A stretch of 61,184 nucleotides of DNA, counting the filler, from a bacterium (lineage in GTDB: Bacteria; UBP15; UBA6099; JAJRTR01): the NCBI GenBank assembly GCA_024278215.1. It is 3 parts of 3 records of this genome, joined end to end, with 100 filler letters (N's around TTAATTAATTAA, not from the genome) between each part and the next. Parts side by side here need not be neighbours in the genome. Positions count along the whole stretch, not along the records: positions 1 to 24,939 come from JAJRTR010000199.1; 2 more parts are not named here. One strand, written 5' to 3'. This document shows positions 10,739 to 20,889 of the stretch, piece by piece. The translations under genes were made by a program, and so were the position numbers. The first letter of the stretch is position 1. Each line of letters opens with the position of its first letter. The notes under the pieces were generated by a model, which was not told the DNA's origin, did not search any database, and was given only the letters and a program-made list of their open reading frames with translations.

Positions 10739-11508
10739 AAACCGCAACTATTGCTGTAGCAGGGAAAGGCGGCACCGGCAAGACCACTACCTGTGCTCTC
10801 ATGGTGCGCTACCTCATAAAGAACGGGCTGACTCCTATCCTTGCGGTAGATGCCGACCCCAACACAAACCTGGCCGAATCGCTCGGCTCGTCTCCCGATG
10901 ATTCCATCGGCGGCGTTCTCGCAGATTTCATGGAAAGCAGAGCTTCCATCCCACAGGGAATGACAAAGGAAGCTTTTCTCGAATTGAAACTAAACGAAGC
11001 TCTCGAAGAAACAAGCGATATCGATTTCCTCGTCATGGGCCGCAAAGAGGGACAGGGTTGTTACTGCTACCCCAACGCAATCCTCAAAAACTACATCGAT
11101 AAGCTCTCTACCAACTACCGATACGTTATCGTCGACAACGAAGCCGGCATGGAATGTCTGAGCAGAAAGACGATCGCCGATATATCGATTCTCGTTCTCG
11201 TGTCGGACCATTCTGTAAAAGGGCTTCGCGCAGCGAGACGAATCAATGAACTGGTGGATGAGTTAAAAATCGAGGTGGAAAAACGCTACCTTATCTTAAA
11301 CAGGTATAACAGCGATAATGAGGACCTGCTTCGCAAGTTTGTGGACGATGTGGAATCGGAAAAAGTGTTTAAAGTGCCGGACAGTAAAGAAATAGTCGAA
11401 GCGGACGCCAGGGAAACATCCTTCCTCGAATTGTCCGACGACATCGACGCGGTAAAATCAGTAAACGCATTTATGGAAGAAGCGCTCGGCGAGGCCGTCA
11501 AAGCCTGA
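10735..11508 (+). CDS. acsF: CooC/AcsF-family Ni-insertion ATPase, probably for ACS
   Basis: GKGGTGKTT, DADPNTNL, GCYCYPN, DNEAGME; overlaps acsV stop (ATGA). Confidence 0.85.
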   Translation: MKTATIAVAGKGGTGKTTTCALMVRYLIKNGLTPILAVDADPNTNLAESLGSSPDDSIGGVLADFMESRASIPQGMTKEAFLELKLNEALEETSDIDFLVMGRKEGQGCYCYPNAILKNYIDKLSTNYRYVIVDNEAGMECLSRKTIADISILVLVSDHSVKGLRAARRINELVDELKIEVEKRYLILNRYNSDNEDLLRKFVDDVESEKVFKVPDSKEIVEADARETSFLELSDDIDAVKSVNAFMEEALGEAVKA

Positions 11509-11555
11509 ACCGGACGATTGCATATTCCATCAACGAATATTTTGGAGGTAAAATC

Positions 11556-11777
11556 ATGGCGGAAATGGTAGAAAAAGAAATGTTTGACGGCAAAAAAGTC
11601 AAACTCATCGGCCCCGATTATGACGCGGGCTCACTCGCAGGAGGAACATCCTATAGCTGGAAAAGTAACATCGTCGGCAGAGACCAGTACATCAAGTATG
11701 TTTCGGAATCCGAAAGATACTGGTACACTCCGATGGATCAGTGGTTCGGCAGCGAAAAACGCAAGAACCCTGCATAA
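11556..11777 (+). CDS. small hypothetical protein (73 aa) inside the acs cluster
   Basis: GGAGGT RBS 5 nt before ATG; codon usage like neighbouring acs genes; fills the acsF-acsD gap. Confidence 0.8.
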   Translation: MAEMVEKEMFDGKKVKLIGPDYDAGSLAGGTSYSWKSNIVGRDQYIKYVSESERYWYTPMDQWFGSEKRKNPA

Positions 11778-11831
11778 AAAGGAGCATCAAATAATGTTTG
11801 AAACCTGTAGCAAAGAATCTGATACCTTATA

Positions 11832-12788
11832 ATGGGGGTGGACTCATTGGCTTTAGAAATTCCAAAACAGAGATACTCAGGAACGATTAAGGAAATACCC
11901 GTAGGCAAAGAAGGAAACCAGCTGGTGGTCGGAGGCGAAACAGCATTCCCCTTCTATTTCTTCGAAGGCGAAATGCCCAACAGACCCCGTATCGCAATGG
12001 AAGTCTACGACGAAAAACCCGAGGAATGGGCACCGGTAGTCATGGAGCCCTTCGCGGATGTTCTCGATGACCCGGTCGCATGGGCCAAACTCAACGTCGA
12101 GAAGTACAACGCGGAAATTATCGCTCTGCAACTCGTCAGCATCGACCCTAACGGAACAAACGCATCCGCTGAATCTGCGGCTGAAACAGCACAGAAAGTC
12201 GCGGATGCCGTCGACGTTCCCGTCATGGCGCTCGGTGTCAACAATGTCGAAAAGGACATGGAAGTTCTCCGCCTCATCGCTGAAAAATGCGAAGGCCGGA
12301 ACCTCATAATCGGCCCGGTAACTGAAGGCAATCACAAACAGATCGGTGCCCCGTGCATTGGCTACAAGCACACTGTCATGGCATCCACGCCTATCGACGT
12401 TAATCTCGCGAAACAGCTCAACATCCTGCTCACCACTCTCGGCGTCAAGGAAGACAAACTTATCATCGACCCGACAACCGGCGCTCTCGGCTACGGCATG
12501 GAATACTGCTACACCGTTATGGAACGCATCAGGATGGCCGCCATCGCTTCCAACGACACTCAACTCCAGTATCCATTCTTCTCCAACGTAGGCAAAGAAG
12601 TATGTAAAACAAAAGAGGCGAAACTCGGCGACGATGACGCGAGATACGGCGACCCGGCTACTCGCGGAATTATCATGGAATGTGTAACCGCTGTCTGCCT
12701 CTTACTCGCAGGCTCCGACATCATATCCGTCAGGCATCCGAAAACTGTCGAAATGCTCAATAAGTATCTCGACTTCTTTCTCGCCTGA
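11832..12788 (+). CDS. acsD: corrinoid iron-sulfur protein small subunit AcsD (TTG at 11847 is a likely alternative start)
   Basis: VGGETAFPFYFFEG, PIDVNLAKQLN, IDPTTGALGYGMEY, RHP. Confidence 0.94.
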   Translation: MGVDSLALEIPKQRYSGTIKEIPVGKEGNQLVVGGETAFPFYFFEGEMPNRPRIAMEVYDEKPEEWAPVVMEPFADVLDDPVAWAKLNVEKYNAEIIALQLVSIDPNGTNASAESAAETAQKVADAVDVPVMALGVNNVEKDMEVLRLIAEKCEGRNLIIGPVTEGNHKQIGAPCIGYKHTVMASTPIDVNLAKQLNILLTTLGVKEDKLIIDPTTGALGYGMEYCYTVMERIRMAAIASNDTQLQYPFFSNVGKEVCKTKEAKLGDDDARYGDPATRGIIMECVTAVCLLLAGSDIISVRHPKTVEMLNKYLDFFLA

Positions 12789-13066
12789 CATCTGTTGAAC
12801 ATCTGATATTTGTGTTCTTTTTTTCTCAACGTCTACGGGGTTCACCCTGAAAACGATGAGGCAGCCGAACACCACATCTCGTGTACGGCTGTTGCTTAAA
12901 TTTTGTTTTACAGGGGCCTGTCCCCGGTCGGCTGTCATAGACATGTTTTTATTGCTCGATTTTTTACAAACGTACACAGGGTCGGCACCCTTTACGTTAA
13001 AAACATGCAAGTTACTGCCCGACCATGGGCAGGCTTCGCACAATAATCTATTAATGGAGGTTATAT

Positions 13067-13948
13067 ATGGCGGAAAAAATCGACGGCAAAGCCATAGCAA
13101 TGCAGATCCGCGAGGAAGTCGGCCGGGACGTTCTCAAACTCAAGGAAGAAACCGGCGTACATGCCGGTCTGGCTGTCATTCTTGTAGGCGAAGACCCCGC
13201 ATCACAGGTATATGTCAAAAACAAAGGTATCGCCTGCGAAAAATGCAACATCAACTCATTCGAGCACAAACTCCCCGCGGACACAACCGAGGATGACCTC
13301 ATCAAACTGGTCGACGAACTCAACAACGACCCGAAGGTTCACGGCATCCTGTGCCAGTTGCCCCTTCCCAAACACATCGACGAGAACAAAGTCCTTCTGG
13401 CTATTGACCCCGCCAAGGACGTAGACGGATTCCATCCCATGAACGTCGGCAAATTCATGACACTGAAGAAATATTCCGACATCTCATCCATGGGCCTGTT
13501 TCTGCCCTGCACTCCTTATGGCTGCTGTGAACTGCTCGACCGTTCCGGCGTCGAATGCAGCGGCGCAAACGCCGTAGTCATAGGACGCAGCAACATCGTC
13601 GGCAAACCCGTTTCCATGCTGCTCATGTCCAAAAACGCAACAGTCACAATCTGCCACTCACGCACAAAGAATCTACCCGACGTAGTGCGCGGTGCCGACA
13701 TCATCGTAGCCGCTATCGGTGTGCCTAGATTCGTCAAGGGCGACTGGGTGAAAAAGGGTGCGGCAGTTATCGACGTCGGCGTAAACAGGCTTGACACAGG
13801 CAAACTATGCGGCGATGTCGACTATGACGCGGCATTCGAGAATGCTGCGTATATCACCCCCGTGCCCGGCGGCGTAGGACCTATGACCATTGCCATGCTC
13901 ATGAAGAATACTCTCATGTCGGCCACTAATGTGTCAAAACTGAAATAA
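13067..13948 (+). CDS. folD: methylene-THF dehydrogenase/cyclohydrolase
   Basis: [40 protein letters not shown]. Confidence 0.96.
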   Translation: MAEKIDGKAIAMQIREEVGRDVLKLKEETGVHAGLAVILVGEDPASQVYVKNKGIACEKCNINSFEHKLPADTTEDDLIKLVDELNNDPKVHGILCQLPLPKHIDENKVLLAIDPAKDVDGFHPMNVGKFMTLKKYSDISSMGLFLPCTPYGCCELLDRSGVECSGANAVVIGRSNIVGKPVSMLLMSKNATVTICHSRTKNLPDVVRGADIIVAAIGVPRFVKGDWVKKGAAVIDVGVNRLDTGKLCGDVDYDAAFENAAYITPVPGGVGPMTIAMLMKNTLMSATNVSKLK

Positions 13949-13998
13949 GCATTTTGACTTAAAATATTTCAAGTTTTATTATTTAATATTTATTGTTG

Positions 13999-14034
13999 AA
14001 AAAAGGCCCCGGTAGATTTCAACCGGGGCCTTTT
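13999..14034. terminator. bidirectional rho-independent terminator ending the WLP cluster
   Basis: AAAAAAGGCCCCGGT...ACCGGGGCCTTTT. Confidence 0.8.
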
Positions 14035-14218
14035 GGGAATAGCGATAATCAGGTGGCTGCACTTCTTATTGCAAATCTTACTTTACCCGAATCCTTTTTT
14101 GGATTTCGCCGTCATTTTCACCTGAACTTACTTTATCTATGATTGAATCTGATTGGACAAATCTGTGTGCAAACGATAAATTAGTAATGACAACATGTTG
14201 AAAAGGTGGAGAAAAAGA

Positions 14219-15049
14219 ATGGCTTACGATTTTAAAACCCAGTTTAAGGGCACAGAAAAATACATCACTTCGCAATCGCTCCGGGAAGTTGTAAATGCCG
14301 CAATCGTCCTTGCACGCCCCCTGCTCGTCAAGGGTGAACCCGGCACCGGGAAAACCCTGCTCGCTCATGCTATCGCTGAAGACCTGGGAAAAGAACTCAT
14401 TGTATGGAATGTCAAATCATCTACAAAAGCCAAAGACGGACTCTACATCTATGACACAGTACAGCGCCTCCACGACAGCCGGTTCGGCGACAACGATGTG
14501 TCCGACATCAAACAATTCATCCACCTTGGCAAACTCGGCGAGGCTTTCGATTCCGATAGACAAGTTGTTATCCTCATAGACGAAATAGACAAAGCGGAAC
14601 TGGAGTTCCCCAACGATCTTCTCAACGAACTCGACGAAATGTCCTTTTATATCCATGAAACAAAAGAGACTATCACTGCGAAGCACAGACCGATCGTCAT
14701 CATAACAAGCAATAACGAAAAGGAATTGCCCGACGCATTTCTGCGGCGATGCCTGTTCCATTTTATCGAATTTCCGGATGAGGCGATGATGGAAAAAATT
14801 GCTTATGTGCATCATCCTAATGTGCAGCGAAAACTTCTGGCGGAAGTCATACGACGTTTCTACTGGATAAGGCAAATGGACGAACTGAGGAAAAAACCTT
14901 CGACAAGCGAACTTATCGACTGGGTGCAGGCGCTCATGGCAGGCGGCGTCAATCCGGCAACATTAAAAAAGGAGATACCCTTCCTTGGTGTACTGTTGAA
15001 AAAAGAACAGGACATAGCAATACTTAACGCTCGCTCCGGCAGATATTGA
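14219..15049 (+). CDS. MoxR-family AAA+ ATPase (CoxD-like)
   Basis: GEPGTGKT Walker A, LIDEIDKA Walker B, FPNDLL, TSNNEKELPDAFLRRC. Confidence 0.9.
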   Translation: MAYDFKTQFKGTEKYITSQSLREVVNAAIVLARPLLVKGEPGTGKTLLAHAIAEDLGKELIVWNVKSSTKAKDGLYIYDTVQRLHDSRFGDNDVSDIKQFIHLGKLGEAFDSDRQVVILIDEIDKAELEFPNDLLNELDEMSFYIHETKETITAKHRPIVIITSNNEKELPDAFLRRCLFHFIEFPDEAMMEKIAYVHHPNVQRKLLAEVIRRFYWIRQMDELRKKPSTSELIDWVQALMAGGVNPATLKKEIPFLGVLLKKEQDIAILNARSGRY

Positions 15050-15324
15050 TTATGGTCAACCTTGATTTCATATCTCCTTCGTAGAATCCGTGGACTAAAT
15101 ATTCAACCTGAAAAAACTTGTTGAAACAGTAATAAAGGACCATATTAGTTACAGACTTTTCCGCTTGTTATTGATGTGAAAATAGAAACTCCGGAATAAC
15201 TCAAAAAAAGTCGCAAGTGTTGTATATAAATGAGAGTTATATAGAATTAAATAATTGTTACGCAAAGGCCGGCGTGTTTGTGCGCGGCCCGAAAACACAC
15301 GGAAGATAGGAGCAGGAAAGTCTT

Positions 15325-16968
15325 ATGGCAAAGAAAAAGCAGAGTGAAAAAGACAGGGTAATTATCTTCGATACGACACTCCGCGACGGCGAGCAGTCAC
15401 CCGGAGCCACCATGACGGTCAACGAAAAGCTTCAGGTGGCCCAGCAGCTTGCGAGGCTGAATGTGGACGTTATCGAAGCTGGATTTCCCTTTGCATCGCC
15501 GGGTGATTTCGAGGCTGTACAGCTTATAAGCCGCCACGTGCATGGCCCGACTATCGCAGGACTGTGCCGCACTGAAAAGGCCGATATCGAAAGGGCCTGG
15601 AATGCTGTTAAAGATGCTGACAGAAACAGACTTCATACATTTATCGCGACATCGCCTATTCACATGAAAAAGAAACTCGGCAAAACACCGAAACAGGTTG
15701 TGAAAATGGCGCAGGATGCTGTTGCGCGTTGCAGGCGGTTCACGGATAACGTGGAATTCTCTTGCGAGGACGCGACACGTTCCGAACTGGATTTCCTCTG
15801 CGAGATTGTCGAGAAAGCGATCGACGCGGGCGCGACAACAATAAATATTCCCGACACTGTGGGCTATGCGATGCCGCAGGAATTTATTGTGATGCTGCGT
15901 GAATTGATCTCGAAGGTGCCGAACTCGAATAAGGCGATATTCAGCACACATTGCCACAATGACCTCGGGCTCGCGGTCGCTAATTCACTGGCTGCGATAG
16001 TGTCCGGGGCACGCCAGGTGGAGTGTACGATCAACGGTCTCGGAGAGCGGGCGGGCAACGCTTCGCTCGAAGAAATTGTGATGGCGCTGCGCACAAGGCC
16101 GGACATTATGAAACCATGGACCGGGATTGTGACGACTGAAATATACCGCACGAGCCGCCTTGTCGCACGTGTGACAGGCATAAATGTGCAGCCGAATAAG
16201 GCGATTGTCGGCAGCAACGCATTTGCGCACGAAGCGGGCATCCACCAGGACGGCATGCTTAAAGACAAGAGAACTTATGAAATTATGGATGCTGATTCCA
16301 TCGGGTTGTCGAAAAGCAATCTCGTGCTTGGCAAACACTCCGGCAGACATGCTTTTATCGACAAACTCAATGAAATAGGGTACGAACTCGACTCCGCACA
16401 GATAAATAAGGCATTCGCGGAATTCAAGAACCTTTGCGACAAGAAAAAAGCGGTCTCCGACCATGACATAATGTCTATTGTCGAAGACGAGATCATGCAT
16501 ATACCCGAGACGTTCAAGTTGATTTCTGTCAACGTGATGTGCGGCGGCAGAGTGAAGGCGACGGCGATGATCGAGATGTATGTGGGCGACAGTAAAGTCG
16601 AAGAGGCGGCGATTGGTGTCGGCCCGGTCGATTCTGTTTACCAGTGCATAAGAAAGATAACGGGCGAAGATATTCAACTCGTGGACTTTTCGGTCAAGTC
16701 GGTTACGGGCGGTATAGACGCTATTGGTGAAGTAACGGTCAGAATTGCGGGCGATGACAAGAATATCTTCACAGGCAAGGGCGGCAGCGTGGATATAATC
16801 GAAGCCAGCGCGAAGGCCTATACGACTGCGATCAACAAGATGATCTTCTGGCGCGAGAACGAGAACAGGCGCGAGGCGGATTCCGGCAAAACGCCCGAAA
16901 AGAAGTCGGCAAAGAAAAAGAAAACTAAAAAGAAGACTAAAAAGGCCGGGGCTAAGGCAAAGAAGTGA
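15325..16968 (+). CDS. leuA: 2-isopropylmalate synthase with a Lys-rich C-terminal tail
   Basis: FDTTLRDGEQSPG, HCHNDLGLA, GERAGN, AHEAGIHQDG, LGKHSGR and regulatory domain. Confidence 0.93.
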   Translation: MAKKKQSEKDRVIIFDTTLRDGEQSPGATMTVNEKLQVAQQLARLNVDVIEAGFPFASPGDFEAVQLISRHVHGPTIAGLCRTEKADIERAWNAVKDADRNRLHTFIATSPIHMKKKLGKTPKQVVKMAQDAVARCRRFTDNVEFSCEDATRSELDFLCEIVEKAIDAGATTINIPDTVGYAMPQEFIVMLRELISKVPNSNKAIFSTHCHNDLGLAVANSLAAIVSGARQVECTINGLGERAGNASLEEIVMALRTRPDIMKPWTGIVTTEIYRTSRLVARVTGINVQPNKAIVGSNAFAHEAGIHQDGMLKDKRTYEIMDADSIGLSKSNLVLGKHSGRHAFIDKLNEIGYELDSAQINKAFAEFKNLCDKKKAVSDHDIMSIVEDEIMHIPETFKLISVNVMCGGRVKATAMIEMYVGDSKVEEAAIGVGPVDSVYQCIRKITGEDIQLVDFSVKSVTGGIDAIGEVTVRIAGDDKNIFTGKGGSVDIIEASAKAYTTAINKMIFWRENENRREADSGKTPEKKSAKKKKTKKKTKKAGAKAKK

Positions 16969-17017
16969 CGCCCTGCAATTGCTGGAATTATCAACATGCG
17001 GGAGAGGTAATACAGGT

Positions 17018-17821
17018 ATGACAACAAAGATAAAAGTACTCGTGGCTGGTGCCGAAGGCAGGATGGGGCGCGAAGTAGTGCGGGCAGTGACCGCCGAGAG
17101 CGACATGGAAGTTGTGGGCGCGTTCGACATGAAGGGCGTGGGAGAAGACATAGGACTTGATGCCGGTGTCGGTGCGCTCGATGTTGCGGTGAGTGATAAT
17201 CTGGCAGATATACTTAAGACCGCGAAACCGAAAGTGATGGTGGACTTCGCCGTAGCGAACGGCTTTGAAAAGAGGGCGATGGCGGCGCTGGATGCGGGTG
17301 TGCGGCTTGTCGTGGGCACTACGGGTGTCGGTGAAAAGTCGATGAAGAAAATAGCGGATAAGGCCGCGACAAGGAAGCTTGGAGTGCTGGTGGCACCGAA
17401 TTTCGCTATCGGTGCTGTGCTCATGATGCAGTTTGCGGCAGAGGCTGCAAAGCACATGAAGGGAGTAGAGATCATCGAGCTGCACCACGATGCAAAAGTG
17501 GATGCGCCTTCAGGAACGGCGGTTGCAACGGCCGAGAGAGTGATGGCGGCAAGAAAAGGTATGCCCGGACACGCAGACCCCACAAAATTTGAAAAATTAA
17601 AGGGGGCGCGAGGCGGGCGGCTCGGCGATATTTCTATTCACAGTGTGCGGCTGCCAGGTTTCCTTGCGTCGCAGGAAGTTATCATGGGCACACAGGGACA
17701 GACGCTTACGATACGGCACGATACAATATCGCGAGAAGCGTTTATGCCGGGTGTCGTTCTGGCGGTGCGCAGGATTATGAAAAAGAGATCGTTCGTGTTC
17801 GGACTCGAAAATCTGCTATGA
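17018..17821 (+). CDS. dapB: 4-hydroxy-tetrahydrodipicolinate reductase
   Basis: GAEGRMG, VGTTG, APNFAIG, ELHHDAKVDAPSGTA, SREAFMPG. Confidence 0.94.
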   Translation: MTTKIKVLVAGAEGRMGREVVRAVTAESDMEVVGAFDMKGVGEDIGLDAGVGALDVAVSDNLADILKTAKPKVMVDFAVANGFEKRAMAALDAGVRLVVGTTGVGEKSMKKIADKAATRKLGVLVAPNFAIGAVLMMQFAAEAAKHMKGVEIIELHHDAKVDAPSGTAVATAERVMAARKGMPGHADPTKFEKLKGARGGRLGDISIHSVRLPGFLASQEVIMGTQGQTLTIRHDTISREAFMPGVVLAVRRIMKKRSFVFGLENLL

Positions 17822-17909
17822 TGTTACCTGCATGTCTTTCTGAACAGTATAACGCATTACAGCGATGGAGATCGGTGTAAAACAGTAGATGAGAAAGACC
17901 GGTTAGAAA

Positions 17910-18146
17910 ATGAACAGAATATTCGACGGCAAGAGCGAAGCAGGAGCAGGTTCGAGACAATATATCGAGGAGATACTCAAGAACGCGCGGGGCGGCCCCC
18001 GCAGGACTATTGACATCTTGAGGGAAATAGTTGTGGATATGTGCGAAACCGCCGGCCTGGCAACTGTATGTGATGTGGATGATCTCAACGCGCGAATGGA
18101 CTTGATCGAACAAAGCCTGAGAGAATTAGAGAATCCGGAAGCATGA
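17910..18146 (+). CDS. small hypothetical protein with C-terminal coiled coil
   Basis: 78-aa ORF between dapB and the PP2C gene; the end GLATVCDVDDLNARMDLIE resembles phasin/BMFP-type tails. Confidence 0.5.
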   Translation: MNRIFDGKSEAGAGSRQYIEEILKNARGGPRRTIDILREIVVDMCETAGLATVCDVDDLNARMDLIEQSLRELENPEA

Positions 18147-18207
18147 ACACAGGCAGGCCGATCGCAACAGAACAGTTCTTTTCATTGAACGGACTTTTAT
18201 CGACTAT

Positions 18208-19833
18208 ATGAGAATCGGAATAGCAACAAAGATAATACTTTTTCTGCTGGTTATGTTCACATGCACGGCTATCGGTGTCATCCATTACACACAGAAAATA
18301 GTGTTCGACAACTATCTTGAGTACAGGCAGAAAGAACTTTCCGGGCTTGCCAGGGCACTGGATGAAACTATTGTGCAGGTATCACCGGATACATTCGGCC
18401 AGGTGCGCACAAGGATAATTGACCTGCTTGCTTCTCAGACTAACGGTCGAATTATTATCTCTGATTCTTTCGGAAAAATATATTACGATTCCAGGCGGAT
18501 AAGGGTGGGCCTGAATCTCCACAAAAAGAACGAACTCAGGATCAGCGATGGAAAAAGGACAGAGCAATTCCTGCTTCGAACGACAAATTTCAGGAAAGAT
18601 CAACTCGAACCACAGTATCAGACTCCTGAAAAACTTCCGAGATACATGAGTCGTCTCGACGATGTTTCACTTGTCTATTTTGCGCCGCTTCATCTTCAAT
18701 CGGAAATAATCGGGCAGGTCATGATAGACGAACCGCTCTCGCCGATGACTCGCTATATTACACGGGTGCGCGACAGTATTCTGCTGCTCATGGCGCAGAT
18801 ATTCCTTGTCGCCGCCGCTCTCGCATTCCTTGTGATTAACAACAGCGTCGTGAAACCGCTGAAAAGTGTGCAGGAACTTACAAAGAAAGTCGCGCAAAGT
18901 GAATTCGACGAGAGGCTTGAACTGAAAACCGGCGATGAAATAGGTGATCTCGCCAGAAGTTTCAATACGATGGTTTATAATCTCCAGAAATTTACCAGTG
19001 AGTTACAGGATCAGAATGCCGGCCTGATTCATCTTTCAAGTGAGCTCGAAATGCGCAACCAGGAAATGAACAGAAAGCATAAGCTTATAGATTTCGACCT
19101 CAGGCTTGCGCATAACATTCAGCAGGAACTGCTTCCACAGGTGTATCCCAGGATCGACGGGGTCGTGATCAGCGCGGCAAACTTCCAGGTCGGTGAAATA
19201 GGCGGCGACTGCTTCGATTTCTACAAATTCGGAGACAAGAGGCTCGGCGCGTTCATCGGAGATGTGTCGGGAAAGGGGATTGCGGCGGCGCTTGTAATGA
19301 GCATGGTCACGATTCTGTTCGCCCAGCTTAAGGACAGGTTGACGTCCCCGGCGCGAATTCTTGGAAATGTCAACGACATTATGTACAGGCATTTTGGGAG
19401 TCAGCACTCGATCTACCTGACATGTTTCTTCTTCAATCTTGATATGGAAGAAATGAAACTGACTTATTCCTGTGCGGGGCACAACCCGCCGATCAGGTAC
19501 AGAAAAAGCACGGACGAAGTGGTGAATCTTGAATCCGAAGGGTTCGGGCTGGGTATGTTTTCAAAGGTTCTTTATGAAGAAAAAACAATCGATGTGCTGC
19601 CCGGCGACAAGATTATCCTGTTTACGGACGGAGTTGTGGATACGAGGAATATGGATGGCGGCATGTTCGGCTTCGACAGGCTGGTATCGACGGTGAAGCG
19701 ATACAAGGATTCCAATAGTTTCAGGATGACGCATTTTATCGTGGAAGAACTGGAAGAATTCGCGGGCGATGCGCCCAGGCAGGATGACCTGACTCTTATC
19801 GTGATCGAAATTCAGGAAAAAAAGAACCCTTAG
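18208..19833 (+). CDS. membrane sensor with HAMP domain and PP2C/SpoIIE (RsbU-type) phosphatase
   Basis: Two TM helices, DEIGDLARSFN HAMP, GGDCFD, GDVSGKG, AGHNPP, FTDG, QDDLT. Confidence 0.92.
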   Translation: MRIGIATKIILFLLVMFTCTAIGVIHYTQKIVFDNYLEYRQKELSGLARALDETIVQVSPDTFGQVRTRIIDLLASQTNGRIIISDSFGKIYYDSRRIRVGLNLHKKNELRISDGKRTEQFLLRTTNFRKDQLEPQYQTPEKLPRYMSRLDDVSLVYFAPLHLQSEIIGQVMIDEPLSPMTRYITRVRDSILLLMAQIFLVAAALAFLVINNSVVKPLKSVQELTKKVAQSEFDERLELKTGDEIGDLARSFNTMVYNLQKFTSELQDQNAGLIHLSSELEMRNQEMNRKHKLIDFDLRLAHNIQQELLPQVYPRIDGVVISAANFQVGEIGGDCFDFYKFGDKRLGAFIGDVSGKGIAAALVMSMVTILFAQLKDRLTSPARILGNVNDIMYRHFGSQHSIYLTCFFFNLDMEEMKLTYSCAGHNPPIRYRKSTDEVVNLESEGFGLGMFSKVLYEEKTIDVLPGDKIILFTDGVVDTRNMDGGMFGFDRLVSTVKRYKDSNSFRMTHFIVEELEEFAGDAPRQDDLTLIVIEIQEKKNP

Positions 19834-19850
19834 AATTTTGCAATCGGCTC
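19832..19850 (+). repeat. solo terminal inverted repeat of repeat family A
   Basis: AGAATTTTGCAATCGGCTC matches the family A right end; overlaps the TAG stop of the PP2C gene. Confidence 0.65.
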
Positions 19851-19937
19851 GGAATGACTGATTATTCCTGTTTTTTCCATTTTAAAGACAATGTAACTTA
19901 TTATTTAAAGATACTATTATATAATATATGGCCCTGC

Positions 19938-19969
19938 CCCGGATTTCTCACAAAGAAATCCGTTGCGGC
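19938..19969 (+). repeat. deleted remnant of repeat family B
   Basis: CCCGGATTTCTCACAAAGAAATCCG is identical to 40469-40493 and is joined directly to the internal TTGCGGC. Confidence 0.7.
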
Positions 19970-20004
19970 ATGATTGTGGCCTGTACTTTTTAAGGTGAAT
20001 AGTT

Positions 20005-20889
20005 TTGTTGGTTCCTACAGTTGAAAAACAACCTGGCATTATACATAAGTATTGGGTGCTTACAGCAGTATGTTTAATAATAATGTCGACATCTGCGATT
20101 GTCTATGCGCAGGCAACACCGGGCGAGCCCGGCCCCAAAGCGTATGTGAAGGAATATCAGGACCCGCTCGATGCGAATAAGGAAGGATATGACGATTACG
20201 AACTGGCGAAGATGCACTATGACCGCGCGGTGGATTATCATCTGTCGGGAATGCTTGTGCAGGCGGTCGAGCAATATAAAAAGGCAATAATTCTGGACCC
20301 TGAAATGGCGGCGTATCATGCGGACCTTGGTGAAGCGTACCGGGTGATGGGAAACACGCGGGGCGCGATTTCCGAACTGGAGACGGCGGTCGAGTTGTCG
20401 CCCGGCATGGTGAACGCACTCACGACACTGGGCGTGATATACGAGCGGGAAAACCTGCCGCACAAGGCGATTGATTATCATCGGCGGGCAATAAAGATCG
20501 ATCCGCGCCATTACGTTGCATACAACAACCTCGGCCATGCTTATGATACGCTTGGCCTCGTGCGGGCGGCGATGGACAATTATAAAAAGGCGATCGAAAT
20601 AAAAGAAGACTTCTCGCCGGCTTATGACAATCTCGGAACGGACCTCATGCGGTTGAACAGGCCGCAAGAGGGCATAAGCATGTTGAAAAAGGCTATTGAT
20701 TACGCGGGAGAAGGACATCCGCAACTCGGACTTTATTACAACGATCTCGGCGCCGCTCTTGTTATGAGTAAAGACTACGAAAAAGCATACAGCGCTTTCG
20801 AGAAAGCACTCTCTCTTTCTCCCAACAATCCGGACATACAGAGAAATTTCATATTTATCAGAGACCACTTATATGGCAAGAGCAATTAA
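20005..20889 (+). CDS. exported/membrane-anchored tetratricopeptide repeat protein (start uncertain)
   Basis: N-terminal hydrophobic segment; repeated AYNNLG/YKKAI TPR units. Confidence 0.88.
   Translation: MLVPTVEKQPGIIHKYWVLTAVCLIIMSTSAIVYAQATPGEPGPKAYVKEYQDPLDANKEGYDDYELAKMHYDRAVDYHLSGMLVQAVEQYKKAIILDPEMAAYHADLGEAYRVMGNTRGAISELETAVELSPGMVNALTTLGVIYERENLPHKAIDYHRRAIKIDPRHYVAYNNLGHAYDTLGLVRAAMDNYKKAIEIKEDFSPAYDNLGTDLMRLNRPQEGISMLKKAIDYAGEGHPQLGLYYNDLGAALVMSKDYEKAYSAFEKALSLSPNNPDIQRNFIFIRDHLYGKSN

Noticed and set aside
17865-17909. Upstream in-frame extension MEIGVKQ*MRKTG*K with two TAGs before the 78-aa ORF
   Set aside because: Too short, no clear RBS or homology; compatible with chance.
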